This document shows positions 1 to 13,689 of a stretch of DNA of 64,000 nucleotides, piece by piece. The DNA lies in NCBI RefSeq assembly GCF_006345805.1, contig NC_043002.1, positions 37,200,001 through 37,264,000 of the forward strand. The letters are read 5' to 3'. Each line of letters opens with the position of its first letter. Position 1 is the first letter of the stretch. Under the pieces are notes generated by a model, which did no database searches, was not told the origin of the DNA, and worked only from the letters and a program-made list of their open reading frames with translations. This DNA is from Octopus sinensis (taxonomy: Eukaryota). The position numbers and the translations under genes are program-made.

Positions 1-427
1 TCTGGTGCTTCACATCCCAGTGGCTCTACGATAATAGGTACAAATCAAAATCCACAGCTGGGGTACAAGAGTTTTGAGTTCCGCATTAGTAAACCATGGG
101 TATTCTATTTTTCTACAATGTCAGTCAAAGTGTGTGAGTATATATGTGTACGTGTGTATGTACTAAAGTAAGTATGTATGTGTGTATGTATGTATGTGTG
201 TGTATGTATATACATATGTATGTGTGTATATACATATGTATACACATACATATTTATATATATGTATATACATGTGTATATACATGCATATGTATATACA
301 TATGTATATGTATGTATATATGTATGTATTATATGTAAATATTATGTATGCATGTATGCATGTATGCATGTATGTATGTATGTTAATATGTATATATGTA
401 TATATGTATGTATGTGTGTGTGTGTGT

Positions 428-464
<37 letters not shown>

Positions 465-966
465 ATGTATGTAGTATGCATGTATTTTCCTCCTGATTGA
501 AGTTTTAGGGTTTATTTTAGTCAGCCATTTGCAAGGTTGCAAAGTTACAAAGAAATTTTTTTTTTTCTTAAGAAAGGGTTTTATTCTCTTTGTGATCTTT
601 TGCTTAACTATTCATCCTTCAAATTTTAAGAAGACCATGAAATTTTTTTAGAGTCCTAGTGAGCATAATCTGCAGTATGTGAATAATGGAGCTACATTCT
701 TTCTTCAAGAATCCAAGTCATGCCAAATTTTGTTCCTGACAAGCTGGTATATATCCTACCACTCCAATCATAATAGTTATAAATCTGAAAGTGTATTTGA
801 GCACCAGATTTGCAGTTTGGAAAGTTCTTCTTTCCACGGCACATTTTTTTCTTGTTTTGTACAGAACACTAGCTGTTGCCCATGCAGGAATTTTTTCAAA
901 AGAAAATTAAGTCAGTGATAAAGAATCAAGGTTAATACCACAAGGCATACATCTATGTCAGTGATG

Positions 967-1116
967 GCAGGTGTGGCTGTGTGGTTAGAAGCTTGCTTCC
1001 CAACCATATGGCTCCAAGGTTCAGTCCCACTGCATGACACCTTGAGCTTCCACTATAGCTTCAGGTCAACCAAAGCTTTATGAGTGGATTTGATAGATGG
1101 AAACTGAAAGAAGCCA

Positions 1117-1155
<39 letters not shown>

Positions 1156-1654
1156 GCACACCTTTGTTTTGGGTTCACTACCACTTTGTTATCTTCCTTC
1201 TCCTTAGCTCTCCTGTGTGACCCTTCTGCCCAGCTTTTGCCATGATAGATTGCTAGCCACTACACATTCTTTATTTTCTCTCCTTGTCTCTTTCTGTGTT
1301 CCTTTCTGTGGAAGAGCGTAGGCTCGAAACATTAAAGATATTTTCCTTCCTGATCATTGTACTAATACATCTGTTTGTTGTCTACACCACCTATCTTCAT
1401 CTTTTGTTTTTTGTGAATTCTCCCTATATATATGTTTATGTGTGCATGTCTTTGTGTCTGTTTGTCCCCCCACTCTCGCTTGACAACTGATGTCGGTGTG
1501 TTTACACTCCGTAACTTAGTGGCTCAGCAAAAGGAACTGATAGAATAAGTACTAGACTTATAAATAATTAGTCCTGGGGCCAATTTCCTCTGACTAAAAC
1601 ACCTGTTAAGGCAGTGCTCCAGTGTGGCCACCGTCAAATGACGGAAGCAAATGA
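967..1654 (+). mobile_element. tRNA-derived CORE-like SINE (family A) with internal TA/CA microsatellite, interrupted by a hammerhead-like element
   Basis: Head gcaggtgtggctgtgtgg...ggttcagtccc (A/B-box-like) and the gagtggatttgatagatggaaactgaaagaag block; the 3' half (tttgtccccc...gatagaataagtactag...gtcaaatgac) resumes at ~1450. The same family recurs more than 12 times in the window. Confidence 0.8.
1150..1426 (+). mobile_element. Short hammerhead-bearing element (Penelope pLTR/retrozyme-like), subfamily 2
   Basis: 1302-1337 reads CUUU CUGUGGA A GAGC GUAG GCUC GAAAC AUU AAAG. Flanks are homologous to 24896-25089; the element is bounded by (TA)n. Confidence 0.6.
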
Positions 1655-1727
1655 CTGTTGAGTCAAAAGTTTTGCAATATTTTGGTAACTTAATTTCTTT
1701 TATTCATCAAGTTATAATAAAAGCAGC

Positions 1728-1915
1728 TTAGTATTCAAAGTAGTGGCACCGTGTTACACTGTCTGAAGCCAACGTTCTGCCAGTTCTTTGATTCCATGTT
1801 GATACCAGTTCTTGTACTTCAAGGTGAAGAACTCCGTTACTGAAGCTTCTATCTCCTCTTACCTGGTGAAGAGTAGTGAGCACAGGAAGTGAGTCATGGA
1901 TCACTTCCATACAAG
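1728..1915 (-). mobile_element. Mariner transposase C-terminal remnant
   Basis: Minus strand gives MTHFLCSLLFTR*EEIEASVTEFFTLKYKNWYQHGIKELAERWLQTV*...YFEY*, resembling the mariner C-terminus (F..GI..L..RW...YF). It contains stops and a frameshift. Confidence 0.75.
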
Positions 1916-3425
1916 ACACAAGTGTGGCTGCATGGATAAAAAGCTTGTTTCTCAACCATATGATTTTGGGTTCAGTCCTACAGCTTGGCACTTTTTATTA
2001 TTCTGTTTTACATTCAGCTATAATGCTACCAAACTGATTTTGCACCTGATGTTTTGTGATTGAATTTTTCATATTGTATGCAAGTAAACATGGTAATCCC
2101 CATAATCATCATTCTTCTTTCTCCCATCTACTCCAGGATTTGAACTCAGAGCACAGAAAGCTGGAACATACTGCAAAGCATGCTCTGTGACACTCTAACC
2201 ATTCTGTAAATTAACCACCAAAAATATTAGGGCAGAAAATAACACTCACACACACACACACACACACATGTACACGTTCATGTACACACACACACATGCA
2301 CACAAACAAGTGCACACTCATGCACACACAAATACACATACATATGCACATATACGCATGCATGCACATGTACACATACATGCACACATACCCACACAGA
2401 TACACACACAAACTCATGCTTACACCTGCATATGCACACATATACACACATACCCACACACACATATATGCACTTATATGTACACACAATCATATATACA
2501 CATATGCAAATACATAAACAAACACACACACAGAATCATGCCAAAGCACACACATATATGCTCAGTCACACCAGCACATACTCACATATATTTGCATACA
2601 GTGACACAGACATGCACAGATACACACAATCATACATGCACATATACATACACACACTCTCTTTCTTTCACTTTCACCTTTTCTCTCTCTTCCTCATATA
2701 AAATATTCTCATCTCTTTGTCTCTTGAGTAAACACCATACAAATGTAAGAAACTTAATAACATAGCTTTTGGATGTTGGCAAACTCATGTAATATTCTTT
2801 GAACTTTTTCTTTTCTCATTGTAATATCATGCACCAACAAGGACAGTGGACTGGCAGAATCAAGAGTATGATATCCAAAATACCATACAGAATATATTTT
2901 TATGTCTCCTTAAATTGTAAGTTCAAATCCTGTTGGGGCTGCTTTTGTCTTTCATCCTACAAGAGCTTGATGAAATAAATACCGCTCAAATTTCTGGTAT
3001 TCAGTCAAATTAACTCATACCCTCCTCTTGAAATTTATAGTTATGTACCCATGTTAAAATACTAATATATTAAAGTGGTACTGAAATAGGTACATCTCTA
3101 AAGGGTTTTCTGTTCAGTTAATAGCCAAATATCCAAATAATATAATGGCTCAACAGAAGAATATATACCACCAGCAATTCTGTACAAGGCTTGGGTGTGG
3201 CTGCATGGTTAAGAAGTTTGTTTCTAAACCATGTTGTCTTGGGTTCAGTCCCCCTGTATAGCACTTTGAATTGATGACTTCCACCATAGCCCTGGGTTGA
3301 CCAGAGCATTTTGGATGGATATGGTAGAGGAAAACCTAAGAAGCCTGCTGTGTATATAGGTATGTATATGTATGTATACTTATGTGAGTGTATGTGTGCT
3401 TTTGTGTACTTTTACTTTAACATCA

Positions 3426-3732
3426 GTGGAGGCACATGGCCTAGTGGTTAGAGCAGCAGACTCGCAGTTGAAGTATCACAGGTTCGAATCTCAGACTGGG
3501 CAATGTGTGTGTTTATGAGCGAAACACCTAAGCTCCATGCGGCTCCAGCAGAAGGTAATGGCAAACTTCTGCTGACTCTTTTGCCACAACTTTCTCTCAC
3601 TCTTTCCTCCAGCATCTTGCAGTTCACCTGTGACAGACCAGCGTTCCATCCAGATGGGGAACCTATATGCCAAGGAAACTGGGAAACCGGTCCTATGAGC
3701 CAGGCATGGCTCTAGAAGGAACAAACAGAACA
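3426..3732 (+). mobile_element. tRNA-derived SINE (family C), full length with 12-bp TSD
   Basis: tggaggcacatggcctagtggttagagcagcagac...ggttcgaatc head; TSD actttaacatca at 3414-3425 and 3733-3744. Other copies lie at ~16262-16505(-), 37898-38202(+), 40885-41190(-), 48974-49275(-) and 54781-55085(-). Confidence 0.85.
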
Positions 3733-4382
3733 ACTTTAACATCATGGTTGCAATCAAGCATTATCATCATACAAGTGGTGTTATTTTTTCCAGTCTTCTA
3801 TAAAAAAAAAAAAACATGCCTAGCCATGGGGAAATATTACTTTGCTTGGAAACAGGTGCAGGTTGGTGACAGGAATGGCATCCAGCTGTAGAAGATCTGC
3901 CTCAGAAAATTCTGTTGAACATTAACTGATGATGTGTTCTATAATTGGTTGAATGTTGATATGATTTTTAGCTGTAAGATAATGTTGAATGATATAGTCA
4001 CACATAGCAGCTCAGAAGTGATGCAGCAAGCAGCCATTTGAGCATTGTATAAACTGCCTTAAAGTGTTCCTTCCAGCTCTTTGTTCACTGAGTTCAAATC
4101 CTGCTGAGATATATTTGGTTTTCTTCTAGGGATCATTTCTTCTTTTTTTTTTTTTTTTTCAATTTCTCACATTCATTCTCTCATTCTCTCTGCAAGAAAT
4201 TGTCTCTGACCAGGCTTAGGTAGTGATGAGCTTTGCTAAGTTTGCTAGGCTCAAAACATACCCAATACATAGATATTGATGTATTACTGTATGTTATGTT
4301 GATGCCTTTGCAACTCAATTCTCATTGGATACTCAGCCTGTAATGGAATTGATAGACTAATGAAAGACTGAAGTTATTATAT

Positions 4383-4950
4383 ATGGCTCAATGGTTAGAA
4401 CGTTGATCTCACAATTATGAGGTAGTGAGTTTGATTCCTAGACTGGGCTGTGTGTTGTGTTCTTGTGAACTTTATTTCACGTTACTCCAATTCACTCAGC
4501 TGTAGAAATGAGTCACTGGTGCCAAGCTGTATGGCCTTTGCTTTTTCCTGGGATAACATCAGTGATGTGGTGAGAGGAGGTTGGTATGCATGGGTGAAAG
4601 GTGGTGAGCTGGCAGAATTGTTAGCATGCTGGACGAAATGCTTAGCAGTATTTTGTCTGCTGCTACGTTCTGAGTTCAAATTCCACCGAGGTCAACTTTG
4701 CCTTTCATCCTTTCGGGGTCGATTAAATAAGTACCAGTTATGCACTGGGATCGATGTAATCGACTTAATCCGTTTGTCTGTCCATGTCCGTCCCCTCTGC
4801 ATTTAGCCCCTTGTGGGGAATAAAGAAGTAGGTATGCATGGGTGACTGCTGGTCTTCTACAAACAACCTTGCCCGCACTTGTGCCTTGGAGGGGAACTTT
4901 CTATCTTGGTGCAATCCCTTGATCATTGGTGACCAAAGGGGGTCTTTACC
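4383..4950 (+). mobile_element. Older tRNA/CORE-like SINE (family E) interrupted by a Meta-like SINE
   Basis: atggctcaatggttagaac...gtttgattcc head and CORE-like ctccaattcactcagctgtagaaatgag; the body resumes after the insert at 4831. Confidence 0.65.
4598..4830 (+). mobile_element. Meta-like SINE (family B) with 15-bp TSD
   Basis: ggtggtgagctggcagaattgttagc head and gactttgcctttcatcctttcggggtcgat-type Meta-like core; TSD ggtatgcatgggtga at 4583-4597 and 4831-4845. Confidence 0.85.
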
Positions 4951-5650
4951 CAATTGAAAGACACAATGGTTTCTAAAGTAAAAATTATCATCTTCCATCA
5001 TTATGGTCACCATGGTGCTCCACAAAAAAAAAAAACCAAAACCCAAACAATTCAAATACAAACTATTGAGGCTTATTGCTCTGCACCACAAAGTTTGTAA
5101 TAGATTTTGCAAAACGCTTCCAAGCTCTAATTACGATAATAATATTTGCCATCTAGTATTACAATTTTCAACCATTTGCTTATCATTAATTTTTATGTTA
5201 AATCTTCACAGAGCCTCACCAGTTAGTTGCTGTCATTTTACTCCTTTGTCATACTAGTAATCTCAATTCCCAACTATTAAGTTATCATTATTTAGCTTTA
5301 TATTTAATCTATCATCAATGCACTGTTTACCAGGCAGCATCTACATAAAATTACTATATTTTTCATTTTTCATATTTCTTTCTTTTATTTTATTTTATTT
5401 TTTTGCTGTTACCTACCACTCCGCTTTCGGATATCTGTTCTAACATTAAGAAAAGAATATGCAATATGTACAATAATTATTTGATTACATGTACATGATT
5501 GTACATGGGAACATTAACGAATATCTAATATCTATGTGGTATATTCATGTGTGTACCTGTATGCATGTTTGTATGTGTCTATGTGTGTATTATTATGCTC
5601 TTTCTCTCTCTTTCCTCTCTCTCCATATATGGATATATATAAATGTATAT

Positions 5651-5706
<56 letters not shown>

Positions 5707-5721
5707 ATATATATATATATA

Positions 5722-5761
<40 letters not shown>

Positions 5762-6230
5762 TATATATATATATATGATATATATGATAATAGTAATATA
5801 TATAGTATGATATATAATCATATATCTATATATATGATCCATATATATACATATTCATGTATATGTATTGATATATATTCTATTACACATGTGGTGCTGT
5901 TTGTGTGTGTCTGTGTTGCTGTTTTGCATCCATTTTTACCATGCTTGCGTAGGTGAGATGATTTATTTGTTATGGCAATTGGTTTTTGCAGCTGGATGCC
6001 ATTGGATGCCATTCCTACAGCTAACTGCTCAACTGTGAAGTATGAATGGAGCCTGTTTCATTTTCGTTCTAGAACAAGCAAAGTAGATGCCATTCTCAGG
6101 GGCACCATGCAATGACAATATTAAGACCTGAAGCTTAACATCAGAGACACCTTATGCTTTGTGTATTTGCATGTATGCATGCCTGCATGTGCGTATTCAT
6201 GTATGCATGTATGTATGTGTACACACACAC

Positions 6231-6273
<43 letters not shown>

Positions 6274-6603
6274 TCATATGCACACTCACATATCACACAA
6301 ACATATACAAAAATATATACGTATGTATGTTTGTATGTGTGTTGTATATATATAATATATATATATATTTATATATTATATATATATATATGTATGTATA
6401 TATATAATATATATATAATATATGTGTTGTATATTATATATTATATATATATACACATATATATACATATATATATAAAGTATATTTATATATACACATA
6501 TATTATATATAATATAATATATTATATATATACAATATATATATATATATAATATAATATATATATATTATATATATATATATATAATATATATATATAG
6601 ATA

Positions 6604-6648
<45 letters not shown>

Positions 6649-7247
6649 GTATGTATGTATGTATGTATGTATGTATGTATCTAGCTATCTATCTATCTAT
6701 GTGAGGTACAATGTTTCAAAGTTTCATGCCTTGCTACTGTCACTGTGGTTTGCTTTGTAAAACAATTCATTGTAAATCTGCTTGTTTCGGTTTGCCTCAG
6801 TTAAAAAAAAAAAAAAGAATAGGTTACACTCTTTGCTCACACTTCAGTGATTAGAAGTAAAAAGAGATTATCCAGATGTAAATCCATTTACTGCAACAAA
6901 TAAACTCATGCAAGCAAGAAATAATGGATGTAAGTGTGTGTGTATATATAAAAAGCACAAAGAAAATATAACACACATGTTGGAACAATATTTTTACAAG
7001 TATGTAAGTGCATACATGGATGTTTAGTTAAGCAGTTTGATTCACACAAATGTGGTTTGGGGTTCAATTCTTTGATGCAACATCTTTAGCATGTGTCAAG
7101 TGTTTTCTGTTGTGACATTAGGTAAAACTTGGATATATATATATATATATATATAGTATATATTATGATATATATATTAATGGTAGAAGTAGTGGAGAAG
7201 TGTGGTTATGTACCCACACACAAGTCACGTATGTATACACACATATT

Positions 7248-7315
<68 letters not shown>

Positions 7316-7450
7316 TGTTTTGGGATTGGTTTGCCAGATGCAACAGAAATTTTAGGAAACATAAATAAGTAACTGAGTAGAGAACTTAGCAGGTGGTGTG
7401 TGTTAAACAATAAGGTTCTAAAAGAGAATTACTCTCTCCAGATACAACAA

Positions 7451-7523
<73 letters not shown>

Positions 7524-7550
7524 TCAAAATGTGACGTGTGTGTGTACCAT

Positions 7551-7725
7551 TGGCGATTTTTTTTCTCTGTCTTCTCTTCTCTGGATCATTCCTTCTCCTA
7601 TATCCGACGAAGAGCTCCGCTTGAAACGTCAAACCTTCCTTCTTTCCTGAGTGTCCAATAATGCTATATTGTTCCATGTCCTGGCGTTGTTGTTTTTTTT
7701 GTGTTTTCTTGTTTGATAAAAACTA
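7551..7725 (+). mobile_element. Short hammerhead-bearing element, subfamily 1
   Basis: 7604-7634 reads CCGACGA A GAGC UCC GCUU GAAAC GUC AAAC. It is homologous to 20974-21162 and ends in (TA)n. Confidence 0.6.
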
Positions 7726-8349
7726 TATATATATATATAATATATATATATACACAATTAATATATAGATATATGAGCTCATCCCACATAGCATAAAAAC
7801 ACGTTTTAATCAAGATCATTAAGAAGAATGAAGAATTATAAAACTTCAAAACTTATTTATTACAGTATTAGTGTCTTTAAATTCACATCAAATTCCAATT
7901 TGACACGTGTTTCTGCAGCATAAAATGTCCTACAATCCTTTGATGTAGCATTTATGCACATTTAGTTGACTCAGCTCCAGTACATATTCATCCTGGGTAG
8001 ACATTCCTATGCAGTTTTGTTCAAAGTTTTAACCCATGTGGGTAGGTGAAAAGAATTGAAGAATTCATTGTTAGATGGTCATTCTTAAAGTATATTCTTG
8101 GTGAAGGAACCATAAAGTCTTGATGTACATGATAATAGAGATTGCTTTGAAATTCAATATGACTATAATTTACATTGTATATATATATATATATTTGATT
8201 AATGAGAGGGACGGAAGATGGAGGATACAAAAATATTTATTAATCACTACAATTGTTTCAACCTGTCTAACATTGATCCCTTTCCTCAAGGGTGGGATAC
8301 TTAACAACTGGTTTAGGAGTGTATATATATATGTGTGTGTGTGTGTGTT

Positions 8350-8392
<43 letters not shown>

Positions 8393-8425
8393 ATATATAT
8401 ATATATACATGTATGTACACACACA

Positions 8426-8490
<65 letters not shown>

Positions 8491-8971
8491 GAATCATCTA
8501 AGAGAACATAAGACAAGGGAAAGATGCACTTGTATATCTTGCACTTGTATATCTGTCAATATAGTGAAGATATATTATCCGAAATATAAAGTATAATATA
8601 TTCATGATGGTTGATCTTACCTATTAGTTTCACATAAGGAATACGATGGGGTGTTAAGTAACAATCCAATTATATAACCTAATGCACATCAGAGTTAGCT
8701 GATATGGAAGGGAATAAGTTGACTCTTCCTTGTATAAACCTTTCCATACGCTACAAGATGAGAAAGGGCCAATTTTTATCCCAAGCCATCAAGGACAAGA
8801 ATAAAGACCGTGCTATGAAGCTTTTGAACAAACTTAAGCATCCCCTCCAACTTAACATGCTTTTTTTTTTCCTCAGACAAGAAAAGGTTTAGCCAGAATC
8901 AGATGGTGAACACACAGAACAACTGCTGGCTTGTCATGTCCCCAAAACATGTACGTCAGGGAGGTACTGTA

Positions 8972-9565
8972 CAGTAATCCCTCGACTATCACAGGGGTTA
9001 TGTTCCAAAATCCCCTGGAATAGGTGAAAATCCGTGAAGTAGAAACAGTACTGTACTGTATATTTTTTTTATTACTTTTATATATTTAAGCTTTTATTGG
9101 GTTGACTGCCAGAAGCCTTAGAATGTATAAAATGTTTGGGTGATCATAAGGCTTGAAATGAATTCGCAATTTTACGCACAAATGCAAAACCCCCCCACCA
9201 CACCCTGAACTTCACTTTCCATACAGTACGTGCGATTCTTTGTTTACTCATCTACGATACACTACTTATTGTCTTTTAATATATTTTAATTAATGTGTTA
9301 TACAATGCAGTACTGTACTCTACTTTTATTTATTAATTCATTAATTTTTAGGTGTGAAAATGCTTATTCATCATCGTCGTTTAACGTCCGTTCTCCATTG
9401 TACCATAGAAATAATTAAAATCTAAAAAGATATAAATACCTATCAGCTGCAGAAACCTGTGATTTACTGAGGAATCCACAATTTAAAATTACATATATTA
9501 GCCAGAAAATTCCATGGTGTACTGAAGACGTGATAGGTGAACCATGATATGGCAAGTTATTACTG
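8972..9565. mobile_element. Tc1/mariner superfamily (pogo/Tigger-like) non-autonomous element
   Basis: TA|cagtaatccctcgactatca...gttccaaaatcccc at the left end and tgatatggcaagttattactg|TA at the right end: imperfect TIRs starting CAGTAAT with a TA duplication. Confidence 0.7.
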
Positions 9566-9868
9566 TATACTCAACAAAGATTAAGTCAAGTTGAAATGGT
9601 ATTGTACTGAAAAAGCATAAAGCTTGTCTAACTAATTTGCAATATATTTATACCAGAGTTGTAGGTTTAGGAACCATGTGACCACTGCCACCATATGCCA
9701 CTGATACATACAGATACATACATAATTATTGATATATATGTATATACATACATACATACATACATACATACACATATTTGTACATACATACACACCTACC
9801 ATTATATATACATAAATACATACACATATACATGACATACATAGATAAAAATATATAATGATACATAC

Positions 9869-9900
<32 letters not shown>

Positions 9901-10530
9901 AGATATATATATATATATATATATATACATACATACCTACACACGTATATATGTATACATATGCATAAATGTATAGATATATGTATATATAGATGTATAT
10001 ATCTATACATGTATATATGCACACACACATATAGTTTTGAATGGAAAGAAGTTTTTCTTTCTCAGGGATGTATTTCATCCAAGTGTACATGAGTTTAGCT
10101 CTATATCAATTAATTTTCATGGAATTTGTTAATTTGTGTTAGTATTAGTGCTTATGGATGGTTCTTCTTCAACATCAGCAGTCCACACTTATAAAGTTCC
10201 TGTTGTCAATTTTAGTCCTGAAGAGATTTTTACCTTTTAAATTCACAATGCAATTTGAATTGTAAAATAGGAATGGAGGTGAGAAACTGAAACATGCGTA
10301 GGCAACACGAAATTGACTATTATATAAATAAATTTATTTCTGTGTTCACACTCTCCATTTTCTTTATGATACACACACACACTTTCAGTTTCCATCTACC
10401 AAATTCACTCACAAGGCTTTGGTCAGTGAAAGGTTATAGCAGAAGACACTTGCCCAAGGTGCCATGCAGTGGACTGAACTGGAACCATGTGGTTGGTAAG
10501 CAAGTTACTTACCACACAGCCACTCCTGTA

Positions 10531-10598
<68 letters not shown>

Positions 10599-11329
10599 AT
10601 ATATATATAATTATTACCATATTCATTATTATCATTTTGACATCAAATTCTCTATGCTTGTATGTATTGGACAAATCTCTTTAAGGCCAATTTTCTATGA
10701 CCAGATGCTCTTCTTGTTGCCAGGCCACACCTGTTTCCAAGCAAGCTGATATTTCAAAATCACTAGATGTAATTTTAGAAATGACTGGAAATGAATGACA
10801 CCACTTGCCTGACGGTGACACTTGCTTATAACTATGTCATGTTGTCAGAAGATGTAGAAACCTACAGACACAGACAAACATACACATACATGTTTACATG
10901 CACATTTGTAGACATCCTTACACACACACATATACACACACATATGTATATACATATGTATGTGTATATGAATGTGTATATATGTATATTTTTTGTATAT
11001 GTACATATCTATATATATATGCATATGTGTGTATTGGAGCTCGATGCAGTACTTGGATATATTGGATCCTATCAAACTGTCTAACTCATGCCAGTATGGT
11101 AAATAGATGTTAAATGATGATGATGATTGATGATGATGATGATGATGATGTGTGTGTATATATGCATATAGGTATATTGTGTGGTGTGTATGTGAAATAT
11201 ATATAAACAAGGATCAGATTGGAGCCTGGTGCAGCCATCTGTTTCGCTAGTCCTCAGTCAAATTGTCCAACCCATGCTAGCATGGAAAGCGGACACGTTA
11301 AACGATGATGATGATGATAATGATCGCTA

Positions 11330-11485
11330 ATTATGGAGGACACCAGTGGATGAGGTAGAGCAGGAAAATATGGGATAAGGTAGTGAAATATGATGTTCGG
11401 TTGTTGAGTCTCACTGAGGTGATCACAAGTGACTGAGACTTCTGGTGGTTTGCTATGCGTAAGAAAACGTGTCATGTTAAGTGAA
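11330..11485 (+). mobile_element. RTE-type LINE 3' end remnant
   Basis: Translates as R*SRKIWDKVVKYDVRLLSLTEVITSD*DFWWFAMRKKT, resembling RTE ORF C-termini (RGRPRKTW..VV..DL). Confidence 0.55.
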
Positions 11486-11739
11486 ATCATGGTCCTGGTT
11501 AATGCCAGTGACATATAAAAGGCACCTATGCCAGTGACATATAAAAGACACCTGTGCCAGTGACAGATAAAAGACGTCCAGTACACTCTCTAGATTGTAC
11601 TAGTTGGCTTCTTTAAGAAGGGAATACCGTTTAAGAAACCAAGCCAAAACAGACTGGAGCCTGGTGCAGCACTCCAGCTTACCAGCTCCAGTCAAACCGT
11701 CTAACCTGTACCGGTATGGAAAATGGACGTTGAATGACA

Positions 11740-12040
11740 ATGATGCTGGTGATGATGGTGTGATGGTGGTGGTGGTATTGGTGATGGTGGTGGTGATGAT
11801 GGTGATGATGACGGTGGTAGTGGTGGTGGTACTGGTAGTGGTGGTGGTGGTGGTGATGATGATAGTGATGATGATGATAATGATGATGATGATGATGATG
11901 ATGGTGATGGTGATGATGATGGTGATGATGATGGTGATGATGGTGGTATTGGTGGTGGTGGTGGTGGTGGTGGTGATGATGATGGTGATGATGATGATGG
12001 TGATGATGATGTGATGATGATGATGATGATAATGATGATG
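11740..12040 (+). repeat. Compound (GAT)n/(GGT)n trinucleotide array extending the tail of an RTE-derived element
   Basis: Seen directly; it is the source of the poly-His, poly-Met/Val and poly-Thr ORFs in the track. Confidence 0.9.
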
Positions 12041-13102
12041 ACACACACACATATATGGTCTCATGTATGTTGCGCAATTAATGCCAGGTCATTTAAAGTG
12101 CAAGTTCACTGATATATATGAAGATATGTCTTTATATTCATACAGGTTTGATGTATATATATATATGTGTATGCAGGTGTAAGTAGAGGTATGCAGGCAC
12201 ACTTCTAAATGAGTGTATGCATGTACAAACAGGTATGAAAATATCTACCTGTGCTTGTATCTGTGCATGCATATATGTGTATGTAAGTATATGTATGTAA
12301 ATATATGTGACGAGGTTAATCTGCACAAGCATGTGATTCAGTTTTGTATTACTAGAAGTATATGCCATCAGAAGCCATCACTCATAGTATACTATTAAAT
12401 CACCATCTCTTGACCTCTTTCTGCCCATGCAATTAAGGTGCCAATCCGCAGAATTTTGGACATACCAGGTAGTAATCAGATAAGTCTCATTTTCTAATCA
12501 GTTGTGGAAATTCTAAATGATAATGATGGTAATTGCTATGTTCTTCCAAATTTATGCCTTTCCTATCTAGAATTATTTTGTAAGGGATACCATTTCAGCA
12601 TATCTAAATACATTTAAATATTTTTAACTCATTAAAAATTAGGAAATTTTAATGCCTTTTATGGCTTTCTCATTTATCCATTTATATATTTTTTTTTTAT
12701 TACAGGTTTCAGCCATTAGACTGTGAGCAAGTTGGAACATCATCTTCAAGTATTTTAGTCGATTATATGAGCTCTAGTTTTTAGACTCATGCTAATTTTA
12801 CCATTCTTCTTCTTAGTTCATGACTACATTCACAGACATATTGAATTATAGAAATCCTGTTAAGGATATAAATAACAAAGTATGCTGGTTTAATACAATT
12901 CTACATTTCTGAGACGAGAAGTTTATATAATGTATACTGTTAATATTAGTTGGACTTGTGTTCTTATCTTGATTGTTATTTTCACTGTTTTAGCTGTTCT
13001 ATGCTCCAGCCTTCTTCAGGTGTCTTGTGTTGAAGTCAGTTGCTGTATTGGAATTTTGAACCCAACCCTTTATTTGACCCAAGAGGGTACACTGTTCTCA
13101 TT

Positions 13103-13360
13103 GTGGAGGCACGGGACTCAGTGGTTAGGGTGTTGGACTCTAGGTGATAAGATTGTGGTTTTGATTCCTGGACCAGGCAACGCATTGTGTTCTCTAGCAA
13201 AATACTTTATTCCACATAGCTCCAGTCCACTCAGCTGACAAAAATGAGTAATTCTGTGATGGATTAGCATCCCATCCAGGTGGAGAATATATACGCCATG
13301 GAAACTGGGAAACTGGGAAGCTGGCCCTTATGAGTCTGTATGGTTCAAGAAGGAACTTTA
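13103..13360 (+). mobile_element. tRNA/CORE-like SINE (family F) sharing its 3' part with family C
   Basis: Head plus ctccagtccactcagctgacaaaaatgagta, then gtgatggattagcatcccatccagg...gaaactgggaaactgg...cccttatgag. A second copy lies at ~35550-35795(+). Confidence 0.7.
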
Positions 13361-13384
13361 CTTTTACGGTTCTCATTTAACTCT

Positions 13385-13625
13385 CTTTACTCTTTTACTT
13401 GTTTCAGTCATTTGAGTGTGGCCATGCTGGAGCACTGCCTTTTTAGTCGAGCAAATCGACCCTAGGACTTATTCTTTGGAAGCCTAGTACTTATTCTATC
13501 AGTGTCTTTTGCCAAAACGCTAAGTTACGGGGGACATAAACACACCACCATCAGTTGTTAATGATGTTCGGGGGACAAACACATACATACATACATACAT
13601 ATTACATACATACACACCAACACAC

Positions 13626-13689
<64 letters not shown>

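Noticed and set aside
1-135. Stop-free plus frame (SGASHPSG...) and a minus-strand QLW suggesting the next Cav3 exon
   Set aside because: Context is LVPQLWIL with stops, not FGI.GVQLW.G, and it lacks MRILV/LLDTLP. The plus frame has no recognisable homology.
11600-12077. Poly-His, poly-Thr/Ile and poly-Met/Val ORFs
   Set aside because: Translations of a (GAT)/(GGT) microsatellite.
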